This document shows, piece by piece, positions 13,727 to 28,579 of a DNA stretch of 64,000 bases. The position numbers were made by a program, and so were the translations under genes. The notes under the pieces are model-generated. The model was given only the letters and a program-made list of their open reading frames with translations, was not told the DNA's origin and did not search any database. Within the stretch, counting starts at the first letter, position 1. Each line of letters starts with the position of its first letter. Source of the stretch: Lama guanicoe (taxonomy: Eukaryota); NCBI GenBank assembly GCA_013239625.1, contig MU056765.1:2627629-2691628 (forward strand). Reading direction: 5' to 3'.

Positions 13727-13770
<44 letters not shown>
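13727..13770 (+). repeat. (TCTA)11 microsatellite
   Basis: Read directly from the sequence. Confidence 0.95.
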
Positions 13771-16064
13771 ATCTATCTGTCCATAGTGCCCAGATTGTGG
13801 TCTTGAAATTTTATTTCCCACTTTAAAAAATAAAACAAGATTTCTTAGAGAAATAGCTCATTTAAAATCTGAAATTAAAAAGAAAAATTGTGAGATGAAC
13901 TTAGAACATCTTATCACACCAGATAGCCAAGAAATTATCAAAGACTACTACATTATATAAAACTGTTGGGGTTATATATATAAAACGATTCCAGGAGACA
14001 ACTTAAAGAGACTCCAGCTGGTTACAAATGGGCCAGTGACAGCTTCAGTAAGGATAAAAACTGCAATGGATGAAAACCTTTGAAATATGCTTGGCTGTGA
14101 GATCAAAATTTTATTAAAAAAGATTAGTTGGTCACCTTTGGAGTGTGATAGGAAATGTTCATTATCCTGAAAATAAGAGGAAGAATTAAAACATTTATCC
14201 TGCTTTTCTTATATCAACTGAACCATGGGGCAGCCAAAGAGAAGACAGGAGTCAGAGTTTCATCTCTGTCTGAGAGCATGCCAACCCATCATGAACGTAA
14301 CGACAGGCTTAAACATCGCCACTTTTCAGCCTCTAATACGTGAGTAGATTTAGGCATTAAGCATCAATAACATAACAGAGAGACAGCCAGATACTTCGTG
14401 TCTCTTGAAGAATGGATACAATTCTACCTACAGTCTTTCCAAAGGGATCAAACCTGTATCCCGCTCTCTTTGGATCCGGCTCTGAATTTAACTGCCAATT
14501 TTCAGAGAAGCCCAGGGACAGAGGAGCATGCAGCCCTGCACCCTGAGTGTGCATTCAGCAGCATTCACACTGTGGGCAGCTCTGCAGATCAGATAGCCCA
14601 GGAGCTTCAGCAGGTGTATGAGAGGAAGTGAGGGATGGAAGGGAGACCTGTAGATTCAAAGAGACCTAAAAGCACATGAAGCTTAAAAAAAAAAAAAAAG
14701 TGAGTAAGTCTAACTGTTCATGTCCAGGGACACATACTTGGTTGGTAAAACTGTAAGGAAGTACGTGGCAGTAATCACTGTGAAAGTCGGCAGGCTTTTG
14801 GAGGAGGGCTTGGCTGTGTTGGGCTGAAGAACACAGAGACACTTCTGGGGTAGCTGGATGGGTTCTGCTTTTTGACCGGGCGGTGATTGTAGTGGACTTA
14901 CCTTTTATAATAATTCATGAAGTCATAGTTTGTGTAGTTTCTGTATCAGTGTTTTACTTTACAATGCAAGTTTTTTCCTTTTTTCAATGAAATGAAACAT
15001 CCCCAGAGACCCAGAGAGCCCTTAGGGGACCCACGATTATTTCTAAATATGTACATTTCTTTGGTCACCGTGCACACAGCGGTGTATAATCTACATCCTC
15101 CTAAGGCAAAGCCTTTGGCTCTGGCAGAAAGAAAAGCAGAGCCTCTTTCCCTGGCTGTGTGTGTCTGTCACCACCCACCCGAGCTGGCATGGAGGTGTAT
15201 GTGCCTGGATGTGCATCAGAGGGTGGGCATTGGTGGCAAAGGGAGCAATGAAATGGGCATCTTGCTGCACTGAGGAAGATGAGCTCATTCAAGAGAAATA
15301 TGTTTCACTGTTTTGAGTCAAGATAATAGCAAACTATGGGACACAAACAGCCTCTATTAGGATTGTCACAGATACTGCAGGGAAGTAAGTAAACATCTAT
15401 TTTGGGGTGCAGTGACAACATCCCCAAGGTGCCAGCAGCCCCCATGCATTCTCAGCAGTAAAACTGCCAAGGCTCCCCTTCTCAGTCACCATGTGCCCAC
15501 ACCACTTCCTTTGATGTCATTTGTTCGCACTTCTTGGCTTTTCCTCACTCTTCCAAGGTGAAGAGATCTTTCCTGGGCTCCCAAGTCATTACCGTTTTTT
15601 TGTCTTCTGGCAAGCTCTTAGCCGGGCATAGAGATTTAGGGAGTAACGAGAGACTGGGGCAGAGCAGGGCAAGGAGCAGACTGGACGCTAGGCTGGGTTC
15701 CATCTTTAATTAACAAGTCACATGACTGTGGACGATTCATGTCACCTCCCTGTGTTGTTTTATCAATTGCAATTGAGGGACTTGAGCTACAAGCTTTCTA
15801 AGGTTCCTTCCAAAACAACAGTCTAATATTATTAACTAAAAGACTCTTTGGCATCAAGAAAACAAACTGCCAAGTGTGACAGCACCAAGATAATTGTCCA
15901 CACACAAAATAAGGGCTTGACTAAGAGTTAGCATGTAGGTACTGAGTTTAATTTCAGTTATGTCCTTAATAACCATGTAGTTTGAAAAGTCCTTTGTTTG
16001 GGTGGGCCTGTTTCTTCATGCTAAGATATGAGTAACAGCCATGTTCAGGGTATTTTTAAGATTT

Positions 16065-17808
16065 TAAATGCAAATTAAAAGACAAATTACAGACTAGAAA
16101 AAATATTTGCATATCACATACCCAATAAAAGCTTTATACTAGGCTATGTAAGAAAAATTCTCAAAACTCAGCAATAAAACTCAAAACTCAGCAATAAAAA
16201 CTCTAATTAGAAAATGGGTGAAATGCATGCACAGACAACTCACTAAAGAGGGCTTTCAGAGAGCAAATAAGCACATGAGAAGATGTTTCGTGTTGTTAGC
16301 TATCGCAGAAACACGGACCTACACTGCAGTGAGCTATCAGTACTGATCTTCCCAAACGGCTAACAGCAAAGGCCACGATTACATCAAATGCTGGTGAGGA
16401 TGCAAAGAAACTAGACTGTTCACCCCTTGTTGGGGGGAATGTAAAATGGTATAACCACTCTGAAAAACAGTTCAGTAGTTCCCTTCAAAACTAAAAATGG
16501 ATTTAGGATTTACCTTACAACCTGGTAATTGGAAATTTGGGTAACTCTTCCAGAGAATTAAGAATTTATTTTTACATAGGTTCTTGTCCATTTTTTTTTT
16601 TTGAAAATGACTTCAAACTGAAAACCACCCAAATGTCTCTCCATGGGTGAATAGTTGAAAAACCTTAGTACTTCTGTTGCCATAGAACCCTACTCCGCAA
16701 TGAAACAAGGCCCAGGACTGATGCGCACCACTTGGATAAACCTCAGAGGAAGTCATGATAAGTGAAAAAACCAACTTGAAAAAAATAAGCAGAGTCAACT
16801 GCTCTGATACTGGATCACTGGAATTAAACAACTGAGTAAATGGCTGGCAGGTGGTAAGGGCCAGGTTTCTCACTGTTGGAGCAAGAAGCTGTAAGCAAGA
16901 GAAGGAAGCTAGGACAATCCGTGGTACTGTGTTAGAGTTAGAGATAATGACTTAGATTCGTATTTAGCTTAATATAGATATGGATGGCTACACAGAGAAA
17001 TATTTATATATATAATGTATATATACACATACACATATATATTTTATATATATTTATTTGTATATATATATGTATATATATAAAACACAGGTTAGTATGC
17101 ATGCATATATTTCTTTGCCAGCTGAGAGGGCCAAAGAGCAGTAACACACAAATAGAAAATATGCACACCTAGTGGCCAGATTTTGGTTTCTAACACCATT
17201 CTTTGATAGAAAGAACTAGGGATCCTTGGAGAAATGACCGATTTCAGGACTGGCACAGAAAATGATATAGGATGGGCCTGGAGCATCTTATAGATGCCAG
17301 AAAGTAAGAAAATGCTTCCAAAGGGAAAAACAAAACTATATGCACATAATTTGGGGGGTATGTCAAATGAATACAGGAGCCAACTGAAAGAAATCCTGAG
17401 AGCCATCGTTAAAATAATTTGAGCAACAAAATTAAATACATAAATATGACATTATTAATATAAATGTAATAATATAACAAATATAATTGCACAGTTCCAT
17501 TTATGTAACATTCTTGACATTTAAAACAAATTTGTAGAGGTGAGGCCCACATTAGTGGTGCCAGGGATTAGGGATGGTGTGAGAGAAAGGATGGTTAGCA
17601 AGAGGGAAATCTTTATGCTGATGGAGCAACTGAGTATTTTTTTTTTAGTGGAGGTACTGGGGATTGAACCCAGGACCTTGCACATGCCAAGCACACGCCA
17701 TACCACTGAGCTATACTCCCACCTTTAGTGGGCTTTTTTTTTTTGAGTATTTTGATTGTGGTGATGGCTATGCAGGGTTATACATATCTCAGAACTGCAT
17801 TGCTCTAT

Positions 17809-17845
<37 letters not shown>

Positions 17846-18040
17846 AGTTCACAGTAAAATCTAGATAAGCTCTATGAATTGTGCCAAGGTCAATGTCTTG
17901 GTTTTGATACTGTGCTGTGGTTGTGTGGGAAGTTGACATGGGGTTGGGGGAGGCAGCTGGGAGAGGACTGCGCTGGACTTCCTCGCATATTCCTTAGCAT
18001 CCTCCTGTGACTCTGTAATTATTTCTAAATTAAAATTCCA
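16065..18040 (+). mobile_element. Old L1 (L1MD/L1MC-like) ORF2 end plus 3' UTR
   Basis: AAAAATATTTGCATATCACATAC, GCAAATAAGCACATGAGAAGATGTT and CAAATGCTGGTGAGGATG motifs; ends TAATTATTTCTAAATTAAAA. Contains a perfect 20-bp tandem duplication at 16160-16199 and (CA)n at ~17810-17841. Confidence 0.8.
17641..17723 (-). mobile_element. Short (head-only) Vic-1-like SINE
   Basis: GGAGGTACTGGGGATTGAACCCAGG...CCACTGAGCTATAC on the + strand. Confidence 0.85.
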
Positions 18041-18151
18041 AAAGTCTTTGGGAAATTGCATGATGTCAGATGTCTACGAAGTCAGCAAATTATATTCACG
18101 GGGATGTGACACTGAACCCAGCTGATACATTCACACAAGGCTGTTGTCTGG

Positions 18152-18854
18152 TGTGTTAGTCAGGGTTCTCCAGGGACACAGAATTGATAGGAGATACTGG
18201 AGATATTGNNNNNNNNNNNNNNNNNNNNNNNNNNNNNNNNNNNNNNNNNNNNNNNNNNNNNNNNNNNNNNNNNNNNNNNNNNNNNNNNNNNNNNNNNNNN
18301 NNNNNNNNNNNNNNNNNNNNNNNNNNNNNNNNNNNNNNNNNNNNNNNNNNNNNNNNNNNNNNNNNNNNNNAGAAATGGACAATGGAGGCTGAGAAGTCCC
18401 ATAACTTCCAATTTTCCATCTGTATGCTGGAGACCCAGGAAAACCAATGGTGTAATTCAGCCCCAGTCTGAGACCTGAAAACTAGCATTGCTAAGGGTGT
18501 AAATCCCAGTCTGAGGACAGGAGAAGATGAATGGGTGCTTAGCATGCATGAAGTCTTGGGTTCAATCCCCAGGTTTTCCATTAAGAAAAAAAAAAGATGC
18601 AATATGGGGGGGAAAAAAAAACAGTGAGGCAGGAATAAAGGATCCGTTTCCTCCTTTCTCCTCCTACTGTTCCATTCAGGCCCTCGATGGGTTGGGTGAT
18701 ACCCATCCACACTGGGTAGGGCACCTTCCTTACTGGGTCCACTCGTTCAAATGCTGATCTCATCTGGAAACGCCCTCAGAGACTTACCCAGAAATAATGT
18801 TTGATCTGGGCACCTTGTGGCCAATCAAGCTGATGCATAAAATTAACCATCACA
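18152..18854 (-). mobile_element. MLT2B-like ERVL solo LTR with intact 5-bp TSD, carrying a truncated SINE (~18535-18594)
   Basis: TGTGTTAGTCAGGGTTCTCCAG...AAAATTAACCATCACA; TCTGG at both 18147-18151 and 18855-18859. Confidence 0.9.
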
Positions 18855-20038
18855 TCTGGTTTCACTGCTTTCTTCCGACTGTTTGGTTTGGGAATTGGAT
18901 TCGGGATCTTCTGGAGCATGTTATGTTGCTGACTAAAATGGGAGACATCTTGGGAGACTGGCCTTGGAGCCTCAGGGTCAAGGGTGGCATGAATGATCTG
19001 AGTGAGAAGGGGGAGGGATTCCGCGACCATCTCTTCCTTCCAGAGATACACAGGGTAGATCTGGAAAGTATTTTTAGGCTTTATTCTCAGAAAATCACTA
19101 TCGTGAGAATGAGAAGGCACTGTAGGTATCAGTAAGAGTTTAACTTCCCATTAGAGCAAGCGAGCCTCAAAGAATTTCCGCCCCGAGCATAGAATTCTTT
19201 AGTGACCAATCAGACATACATTCCAGATCTCTTGACCTCTTATTCTAGTGCTTATCCACTAAAAAGAGGGCAATTAAATCATAAGATATCAAGCTTAGTA
19301 ATGACAGAGTATGTGAGGTTTCTAACTCTTTTGAGGTTTTAATATTTCTCATTGGTTACGTCCCAATTTTAGCATATGTTAATGTGAAGAACACTATGGA
19401 ACCAGTTTATCTTCTAATGAATCCTGGAAACAAGAGCCTCGTGATGCTTTAGGGAAGTGTATTGCCACGGCTTCTGTAACAATTGAATACCTGGATATTG
19501 GCATTTCCCATGAAAGTGAAAGCGTTAGTAATAACAGACAGTGGAAATGCACACGACTGTTGCCACCTTCCCAGTCCCTTTCACACCTGTTCATTAGCTC
19601 GTCTGACCTATAAAGAGCCTTTGAAGACCTTGGACAAATCCTTAACTTTTCACATCCCATTGTCCTAACTCCCTGCCACGTGTGTGGCAGGTTACATTTT
19701 TACAGTCATAAGCAATTTCCAAGATTCCTGTTTTTCTGCTAGTCTCCTCCCTCCAATGTCGGCAGCTAGACTGCTTTGTGCTCATCCCCTCAGGGCCTGT
19801 ATCTCATAGCAGAAAGCAGTGGGGGAAAAATTAAAAGACTCTTTTTCTGGCATTTCAAATGCCTAGAAACTAGGAAAATAGAAAGGGCTGGAACACAGAG
19901 AGACAATTTGGAGGAAGCTGGAGCCAGGCTTCCTAAATGTCTCCTCTTTCCTTCCCTGCGAGGTTAGAAAATAATTCCCTAGGTCTGGAGCTAAGAGTCT
20001 GCTATGCTGGTGGAATGGGGTCTTAAAATTAATAAAAT

Positions 20039-20835
20039 CATTATAAAGTCCACAAACAATAAATACNNNNNNNNNNNNNNNNNNNNNNNNNNNNNNNNNN
20101 NNNNNNNNNNNNNNNNNNNNNNNNNNNNNNNNNNNNNNNNNNNNNNNNNNNNNNNNNNNNNNNNNNNNNNNNNNNNNNNNNNNNNNNNNNNNNNNNNNNN
20201 NNNNNNNNNNNNNNNNNNNNNNNNAACTCTAATTTGAAAAGATACATGCACCCCAATGTTCATAGCAGCACTATATACAATAGCTAAGACAAGGAANNNN
20301 NNNNNNNNNNNNNNNNNNNNNNNNNNNNNNNNNNNNNNNNNNNNNNNNNNNNNNNNNNNNNNNNNNNNNNNNNNNNNNNNNNNNNNNNNNNNNNNNNNNN
20401 NNNNNNNNNNNNNNNNNNNNNNNNNNNNNNNNNNNNTAAGATAGAGAGAGAAAGAAAAATACCATATGATATCATTAATATGTAGAATCCAAAAAAAAAA
20501 AAGAAAAAAGAAAAAAAGAGGACACTAATAAACTCATCTACAAAAGAAACAGACTAACAGACATAGTAAACAATCTTACGGTTACCAGGGAAAGGGGGTG
20601 GGAAAGGATAAATTTGGGAATTTGAGATTTGCAAATGATAACTACTATATATAAAAATGGATTAAAAAACCCAAATTTCTTCTGTATGGCACAAGGAACT
20701 ATATTCAATATCTTGTAATAAACTTTAATGAGAAAGAGTATGAATACAAATATATGTATATATATATATATGCATGACTGGGACATACTATACACTAGAA
20801 ATTGACACACTGTAACTGACTATATTTCAATTAAA
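20039..20835 (+). mobile_element. Young 5'-truncated L1 with TSD
   Basis: ORF2-end motif GATACATGCACCCCAATGTTCATAGCAGCAC. TSD AAAATTAATAAAAT at 20025-20038 and 20836-20849, at a TT|AAAA endonuclease site. Confidence 0.9.
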
Positions 20836-22788
20836 AAAATTAATAAAATTGACTTGCAGAGAACTTTCACCCATCTGCTTGTAGACCTTGATTTGTATCA
20901 GCTACGTGTGTGAACACATCTGACTTTCCTGGGAATCCCTGTCAGCCCACCGCTACTCTGTGGACTAAAACCCTAAATGTTGAGCCAATCAGTTTCAAGG
21001 CAACAGCTTTGTCCCTGCATGAGAGGCTGCTGGGAGAGATTAGGGGGCACTCCCGGAAGTCCTCACAGATTTCAGAAATACCAACAGTCTAATAAATTGG
21101 AGTTAGAGAGGAGAACTATACAAATCTTTAGTTTTCCTGGTTCAGTGCAAGATAGTTGGCAGGAGAGCAAACAGAGGGCAAATTCTACTTTGTTAGAGGC
21201 TGCTGACTACATTCTCTGAGTCCCAAGAGACTACGTAAAGCACTAGGACTCCAACCATCCAGAGGCTGCCCTAATTATCTGCTCTCGAAGACTTCCATTC
21301 ATTCCACCAGCCTTCTGTTGTTCCACTCTGGGTGCTACAAACACCAAAAGTCCTAATAAAGTCACAGAGGGTCAGATGGATGGCTAGGGACTCAGACCTG
21401 CTCATAACAATTCCTACTTACCTTGTTGGCTTTTGAAAGTGGTGCGTCAGAAGGTAAGATAAAGAAAGGAAGCAAAAAATACATAAATGTATGTATGTTC
21501 ACACGTTCTCAAAGTAGAATGTGCAAATTACACTTTTTAAAGGGCTTTCAAGACCTGCTTCTGAATATGAACTAAAAATTAGGACAGAAAGAGTCAGAAG
21601 AGAGCAAAGTGCAGCCTGGGGGCTCCACCCTTCTTCTGAGACTCCATCACTCTTCCACCACTTGCCACACTCTGCTTAGACCTGTAGTTCATCTTTCACA
21701 CGCAGGCTTTGTAAGTTCCTTTGGAGCAAGGATTGTGCATTCCTGGACTCCGCCTTTAGGGTCTTGCTCAGCCTGGTGGACTCAGGATAGCTGGTCAGTC
21801 ACTGTTTGCGGTTCATTAAATAGCCTTTCCCATCACTCCAGTTAAATTTTAAGTCCAGCCAGGGATCCATCTTTCAGCTCTCTGACATCATGGGATATTC
21901 AGTAAGAAGGCTTAATCCCCCATCCATAACATTCTTCTAAAACTTTAGGACAGGATAGGTCTCCAGCATCTTACAATACATTTTGATTGCTTTCAGCAGA
22001 GGTCTGACTGGTTCTTTGAATTAGCCTTGGCTTTATGTCCAAGTGTAATACATTCTGACCAGTAACCCAGTAAATCAGGCTCAAATTTTGGCCTACAATA
22101 TACTTCCCAGAATCATACAAAAGGCAGAAATTTGGTGAGAATTTTCTCAATGATTCTATATCCAGTTGGTGTGAGCAAAGACCCCCAAATGCTGTTAAAC
22201 TCCTGAGTGATGTGAANNNNNNNNNNNNNNNNNNNNNNNNNNNNNNNNNNNNNNNNNNNNNNNNNNNNNNNNNNNNNNNNNNNNNNNNNNNNNNNNNNNN
22301 NNNNNNNNNNNNNNNNNNNNNNNNNNNNNNNNNNNNNNNNNNNNNNNNNNNNNNNNNNNNNNNNNNNNNNNNNNNNNNNNNNNNNNNNNNNNNNNNNNNN
22401 NNNNNNNNNNNNNNNNNNNNNNNNNNNNNNNNNNNNNNNNNNNNNNNNNNNNNNNNNNNNNNNNNNNNNNNNNNNNNNNNNNNNNNNNNNNNNNNNNNNN
22501 NNNNNNNNNNNNNNNNNNNNNNNNNNNNNNNNNNNNNNNNNNNNNNNNNNNNNNNNNNNNNNNNNNNNNNNNNNNNNNNNNNNNNNNNNNNNNNNNNNNN
22601 NNNNNNNNNNNNNNNNNNNNNNNNNNNNNNNNNNNNNNNNNNNNNNNNNNNNNNNNNNNNNNNNNNNNNNNNNNNNNNNNNNNNNNNNNNNNNNNNNNNN
22701 NNNNNNNNNNNNNNNNNNNNNNNNNNNGCCCCATTTTTTTTCTTTTGAAATATATATATACATATTTAACACATCATGTGCATTTTTT

Positions 22789-22919
22789 TTTATTATTTAA
22801 GAAATAGATTTTTTTTTAAAAAAGGAAGAAAAAGAAAGACACCAACCTAAGTTGGGACTGCCCTTCTGTGTTGACCAGTGGCAGCTTTTTTTCAATTTTT
22901 CCCCCCTTTAGTGTTTATT
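22789..22919 (-). terminator. Candidate distal polyadenylation signals (AATAAA at 22794-22789 and 22919-22914)
   Basis: + strand TTTATT at both positions, in AT-rich context at the end of the UTR-like block; the cleavage site cannot be determined. Confidence 0.45.
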
Positions 22920-25900
22920 ATACCTGGGCAAGTGGGCAAGAGATATTCAGGAAGTTTATTCCTTGGTTGATATGTGCTTCTAAGACTGTCCCCCAAGCAA
23001 CTGAGTCCAACAAGGGAGGCAGACTCATTAGTGGGGCAAACTCTCCAAGAAACAAGAGGCAGGGGGAGCCTGGTACTGTGGAAAGAAACTTTAAAAAACA
23101 CCAAGAAAATGCTACGGTATGTTACAGTTTGAGTTTCTAGGCACTGCGATGACATTATCTGTAAGCTCTGGCATTTGGACCTTTGTGATACTATAGGGTA
23201 GTGTTAAGAATAACGTCTAAATTTATCTACTTTTACATAATGAGAAGGACTGAGAATCCTGCAATGTAACACTTAAATGGCTTTTGAGGCATTTCGGCTT
23301 CTGCCAACCCCCCTCTCCATGCTACAGTTGGCATTTAAAGGCTTTGGAAATGTATGTCTAGACTTTAGACAGTTCCCAGGTAAATCTTCCTAGTGGTAGG
23401 GAAAAAATATTCTCCGAAAGCTCATTATCTGAATATTGTTGGGTAATAAGCTGTAAGAGTGGGATTTTCTACTTAAGTCCTACAACCAAATCCTTTATGA
23501 TCTCCATGTAGTACATCACCTTATACTATAATTCTGTCACCACTTGCTTATCGTATTTATAGACCCAGCAATGCGCAGAACACAAACTCTGACTGCCGTC
23601 GACCATGGCCTCCTACTGCGGACAGCAGCCAAGCTAAAATGCTAATCCCTCCAGCCCTCAGTCACCTACTCGGGGCTGTCAGTGGCTGTTGAGTCCCTGG
23701 CCTGCCAAAACATGAGCCAGCCCTGACACGCTCTCCTCTCCTCCGCCCTGTCTTCCTTGGGTTGTAGCCAGAGCCACACTGTTAGACGAAGTGAAACTCT
23801 GCTCCCCTAGTTGGGGATGAGGGCCATTTAGGAAAGTGGATCAGAAACCACCATCACCCTCAAGTGGTTTTTACATCAATTTCTTCCTTTGCTCACCCCT
23901 AATCAGGCTCCTTAGAAGCGAGTTCATGCCTGCTTGCTGAAGGCAAGTATTCCAGAAAAAAAAAAAGAACTTTTCTTATTGTGAAATACTTTGTGGGCTG
24001 TTTACAGAGTCTTGTGCATCCCAAGTGACATTTTCTGTAAATAAGAATGCAGCCACCAAAGGCAGTGTTGGGTGGCCAGCGAGCTCAGACAACGCAGGTC
24101 AGGTGAGTTGGGTTCTCATCCTGTTTCTGCAACTGAGATGTCGAATTAGATTGGCCCAATGCTGGGTCTGGACAGGAGAGGACAGGCTAATGCAAACGGG
24201 GTAGTTAGAAAATGAGAAAATGGTCGTACCAATAAGATGACTTACGTTAATGAAAAGCAAAAGAAAAAAACAAATAATGTGATACTGAGGAGCTGGACAG
24301 GAAAGATAGGAAGGAAGCTCTGCAGGGGACGGGATTGCTTCCACCTCCAAACAGCTGGTTAGCCTGTCTCTTGCTCCTCTGCGGTTTTGGTTTTCCAATC
24401 TACTCTTTGGGTCATAAATGTAGAGAATTTGCATTTAACTCACATGACAACTGTAGTGCTGAATTCATGTATACCGTGCGACACTGCACTGTCTCTCTTA
24501 CAATAGCTTTTGTTGGTTTGGAAATTCTAATGTAACTTACAATTATTTGAAATTTCTCACCTACTAGAGGTTAATGCCAATTAAGCTTTAGGTCCTTCTT
24601 TAAGACGCTTAGAGAGGGCCCCCTGCAAGATCTAGTCTTTTCACAGACTTGGTTGGGGAAATAGTACAACACTGGAAGGAAGAAAGGCAAAAAAAAAAAA
24701 GATTAAAATGAATTATTTTCAAAATCCAACAAGAGGGAACTCTCTTTATGGCTTAATTGAAATGAAACCGGTTGGTCTTTCGTAACAACGGTGGGGGGAG
24801 TGGGGCTAATTTAAAACTTCTTCTTGGATGACTTTGGAACCACTCAGACATGGCTCGGCAGTGACAAACCGAAAGTGGTTGGTTTGATTTTGCTGTTCAA
24901 CTTGTGCTACATGCCAAAGGTCAATCTAGGTCACAAACTGAGTATCTATGATGCAGGCTTTAAAGAACAGAAGGCTGCATTCCTTTAAACTTACACATTG
25001 CTGGCATTAAATGCAACTGACCCAGTGGCAGCAAATTACATGAAGTCCATGGTGACAGGGCAGAACAGGATGACTCTGGGTAATTTCAACCAACAATGGA
25101 TGCCATGACAGGGCAGTGATGTTTGCAAGCATATTAACTTGGGATTTTCAAATTTACTCCCATAGATAACCTATCCCTTATTCTCCTGTGTTCCCCACAA
25201 AAATCCATCTCTCTCCAAGGAAATCACATGTTCTAAAGTGATCATATAATTCCAGCTGTTCCCAACTTCCTGTAAAAATAAAAAAATTTAGTTTGAAGGT
25301 AAACCAGATTTTCTAATTCCCAATAGTAAATTTAACTCTGTCTCTCTCAGTGTCTCTTTTTATATCTACCATGCCAGGTATTTGATGTCTTAAGGTAGGT
25401 AAGGGGAGGAGGGAGGGAGGAAACTGAAAATACCTATTTGAAATTGCCACATCTGACTTTCAAAAAACGTCTACAGCAATGGGAGTAACTTCATATTCAT
25501 TCTGAGTTTCTTAACATGTTTTACTTGGGCTGTGGAGATGGATAGNNNNNNNNNNNNNNNNNNNNNNNNNNNNNNNNNNNNNNNNNNNNNNNNNNNNNNN
25601 NNNNNNNNNNNNNNNNNNNNNNNNNNNNNNNNNNNNNNNNNNNNNNNNNNNNNNNNNNNNNNNNNNNNNNNNNNNNNNNNNNNNNNNNNNNNNNNNNNNN
25701 NNNNNNNNNATTAAGGCAACCACAACTTGGATACTTTGTCCAAGGTGGCGTGATAGGATTGGAGTGGTGACACCCTTTGAGCGTTTTCTTTCTTTCTTTC
25801 TTTCTTTTTCCCAGATAAGAACACTTACTACCATTTGCTTTTAAGAAAAGAGATAATGGACTTCTTCTATTGTCTTTTTGTTTCCTTTTTATCAATGACA

Positions 25901-26629
25901 TTTGTTAGTTATTTGTATGGGAAAAAAATCACATACCAAGGCATTGCTAGACACTTGTCTTTCTGATGGGTCTGGGGTTTCAGTTTTTGGTGATTTGTCA
26001 GTTATTCCATTTGCTTTGGGGCATTAAAACCATTTTATTCTGCCTAGTCCTTGCTGATATGTTTTAAATATAAAAATAACCTGGTTGACACCTGGGTTAA
26101 CATATCCTCAGCTGCTCTAAATCACTTATTTTAAGAGGGCTCTATCAATACTAAGTATCCATTTCACAATAACTGGGATTCAAAGCCAAGTTCCTTGGGA
26201 CAGCATGCCAAGGGTGAACATTGCGACACAGGTAAGGTTTACATTATTTAGGTGAGTACCAAGGAAAAGAAGGCAGCAAAGAAGTTAATGAAAAGGTATA
26301 CGGAAGTACAATGGGCAAAGGAAAAGTAGGAACACATGATGCTAAAAATCAGTGTACGTGTGATGGAGGAGACACACAGAAGAATATGAAAGCATGTCCT
26401 ACGGTTGCCTATCACTAGAATTCCACCTTCTGATGACATGAGTCCAACTGAGAAACTGTATTATTAACGGAAAGATTCAAGTCACCTGAAGATGATGTTG
26501 GTGCCCCAAAGCCTACCCGAGCTTGAAAAAACCGAAAGAAATAACAACCCATGAAATGGAAGCGGATTACAACAAAGCCAGTTGAGAAATCTGCAGCTTT
26601 GCTCCCCTTGGAATGTTTCCTAATCGAGG

Positions 26630-27660
<1,031 letters not shown>

Positions 27661-28567
27661 ATGCCATCAGTGTGACCCGGTACCCACTGTTTATCCTTTG
27701 TGACTAAAATGAAAAATAACCAGAAGCGAACATCACTTGAAGTGATGTGGACAAAGCATTTCTATTTACATTATTTCAGGCCTCACATCAATCCCATGAA
27801 CCACCCTTGTTCCCATTTTTAAGTTTGGAAACTGAGGCTCACACCATGTAGGACCATGGGAGTCAAGGTCAGAATCGTAATGTAAATTCTCCCATGACTT
27901 TTTCCTGTTATAGCTTTTATTTTTTCATTCAGCCCTTTGACGTTTGGTCTAATTCAATTCAGCATTAGGCTAGACTTTCTCTTTCTGAAGAGGATGCCGA
28001 ATGGGTAAAACAAGCCACCCTCTGGATGGAGCAGTCTGATCATGCATGTGTGCCGTCAACCTTGAAAAGGAGAAGCCTTCACCTGGTGAACTTGACTGCA
28101 GAACTGAACCTCTTTTATCCCTAACCCTCCTCCACTGACGGAGGGAGGACTTTTTAGGGACAGCCTATATGGGATGACACCATCACTCCACATTTTCCCC
28201 CAGTGGTCTGGACTTGCCAAGTTACCTGATGACGTCCAGTTCACCAGGTCCTTCTTAACCAGTTCATCTTCTGGAAGCCTCAAGGGAAATATCAACCAGG
28301 TGTTTCTGGGTCATTTACGCCCCTGCTACTGGGCTGTTATTTGCAAAGAACATTTTTTTTCTTCATGTCCTGGTGGCCAGATGCGCCTCTATTTTATGAG
28401 CCAAACTTCTAGTCGCAGGAAGTCCTGTACTGCCGCTCCTAAATAGCCCTCAGAACTGCCTCATTTTGAAGTTCAGGCACCATAAAGTGTGAATGGCTTC
28501 AAGACGTGGCAGACCTTTCCTGCTTCAGATCATTGTTTCTCGTGTTCACCAGAGGCACACATGTACC

Positions 28568-28579
28568 TACATGTGCGCG

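Larger units (their letters stand above)
11900..14965 (+). mobile_element. Ancient HAL1/L1M-type LINE relic (degenerate ORF1-like region plus 3' region)
   Basis: A-rich decayed ORF1-like sequence (GGATTTTATATCCAGCAAAA, AAGCAAGTGACTTAT) followed by L1MC-like 3' motifs; boundaries approximate. Confidence 0.6.

Noticed and set aside
22113-22772. ORFs spanning N runs (also at 2.9, 18.2, 20.1, 25.6, 43.2 and 60.8 kb)
   Set aside because: Artefacts of translating N as X.
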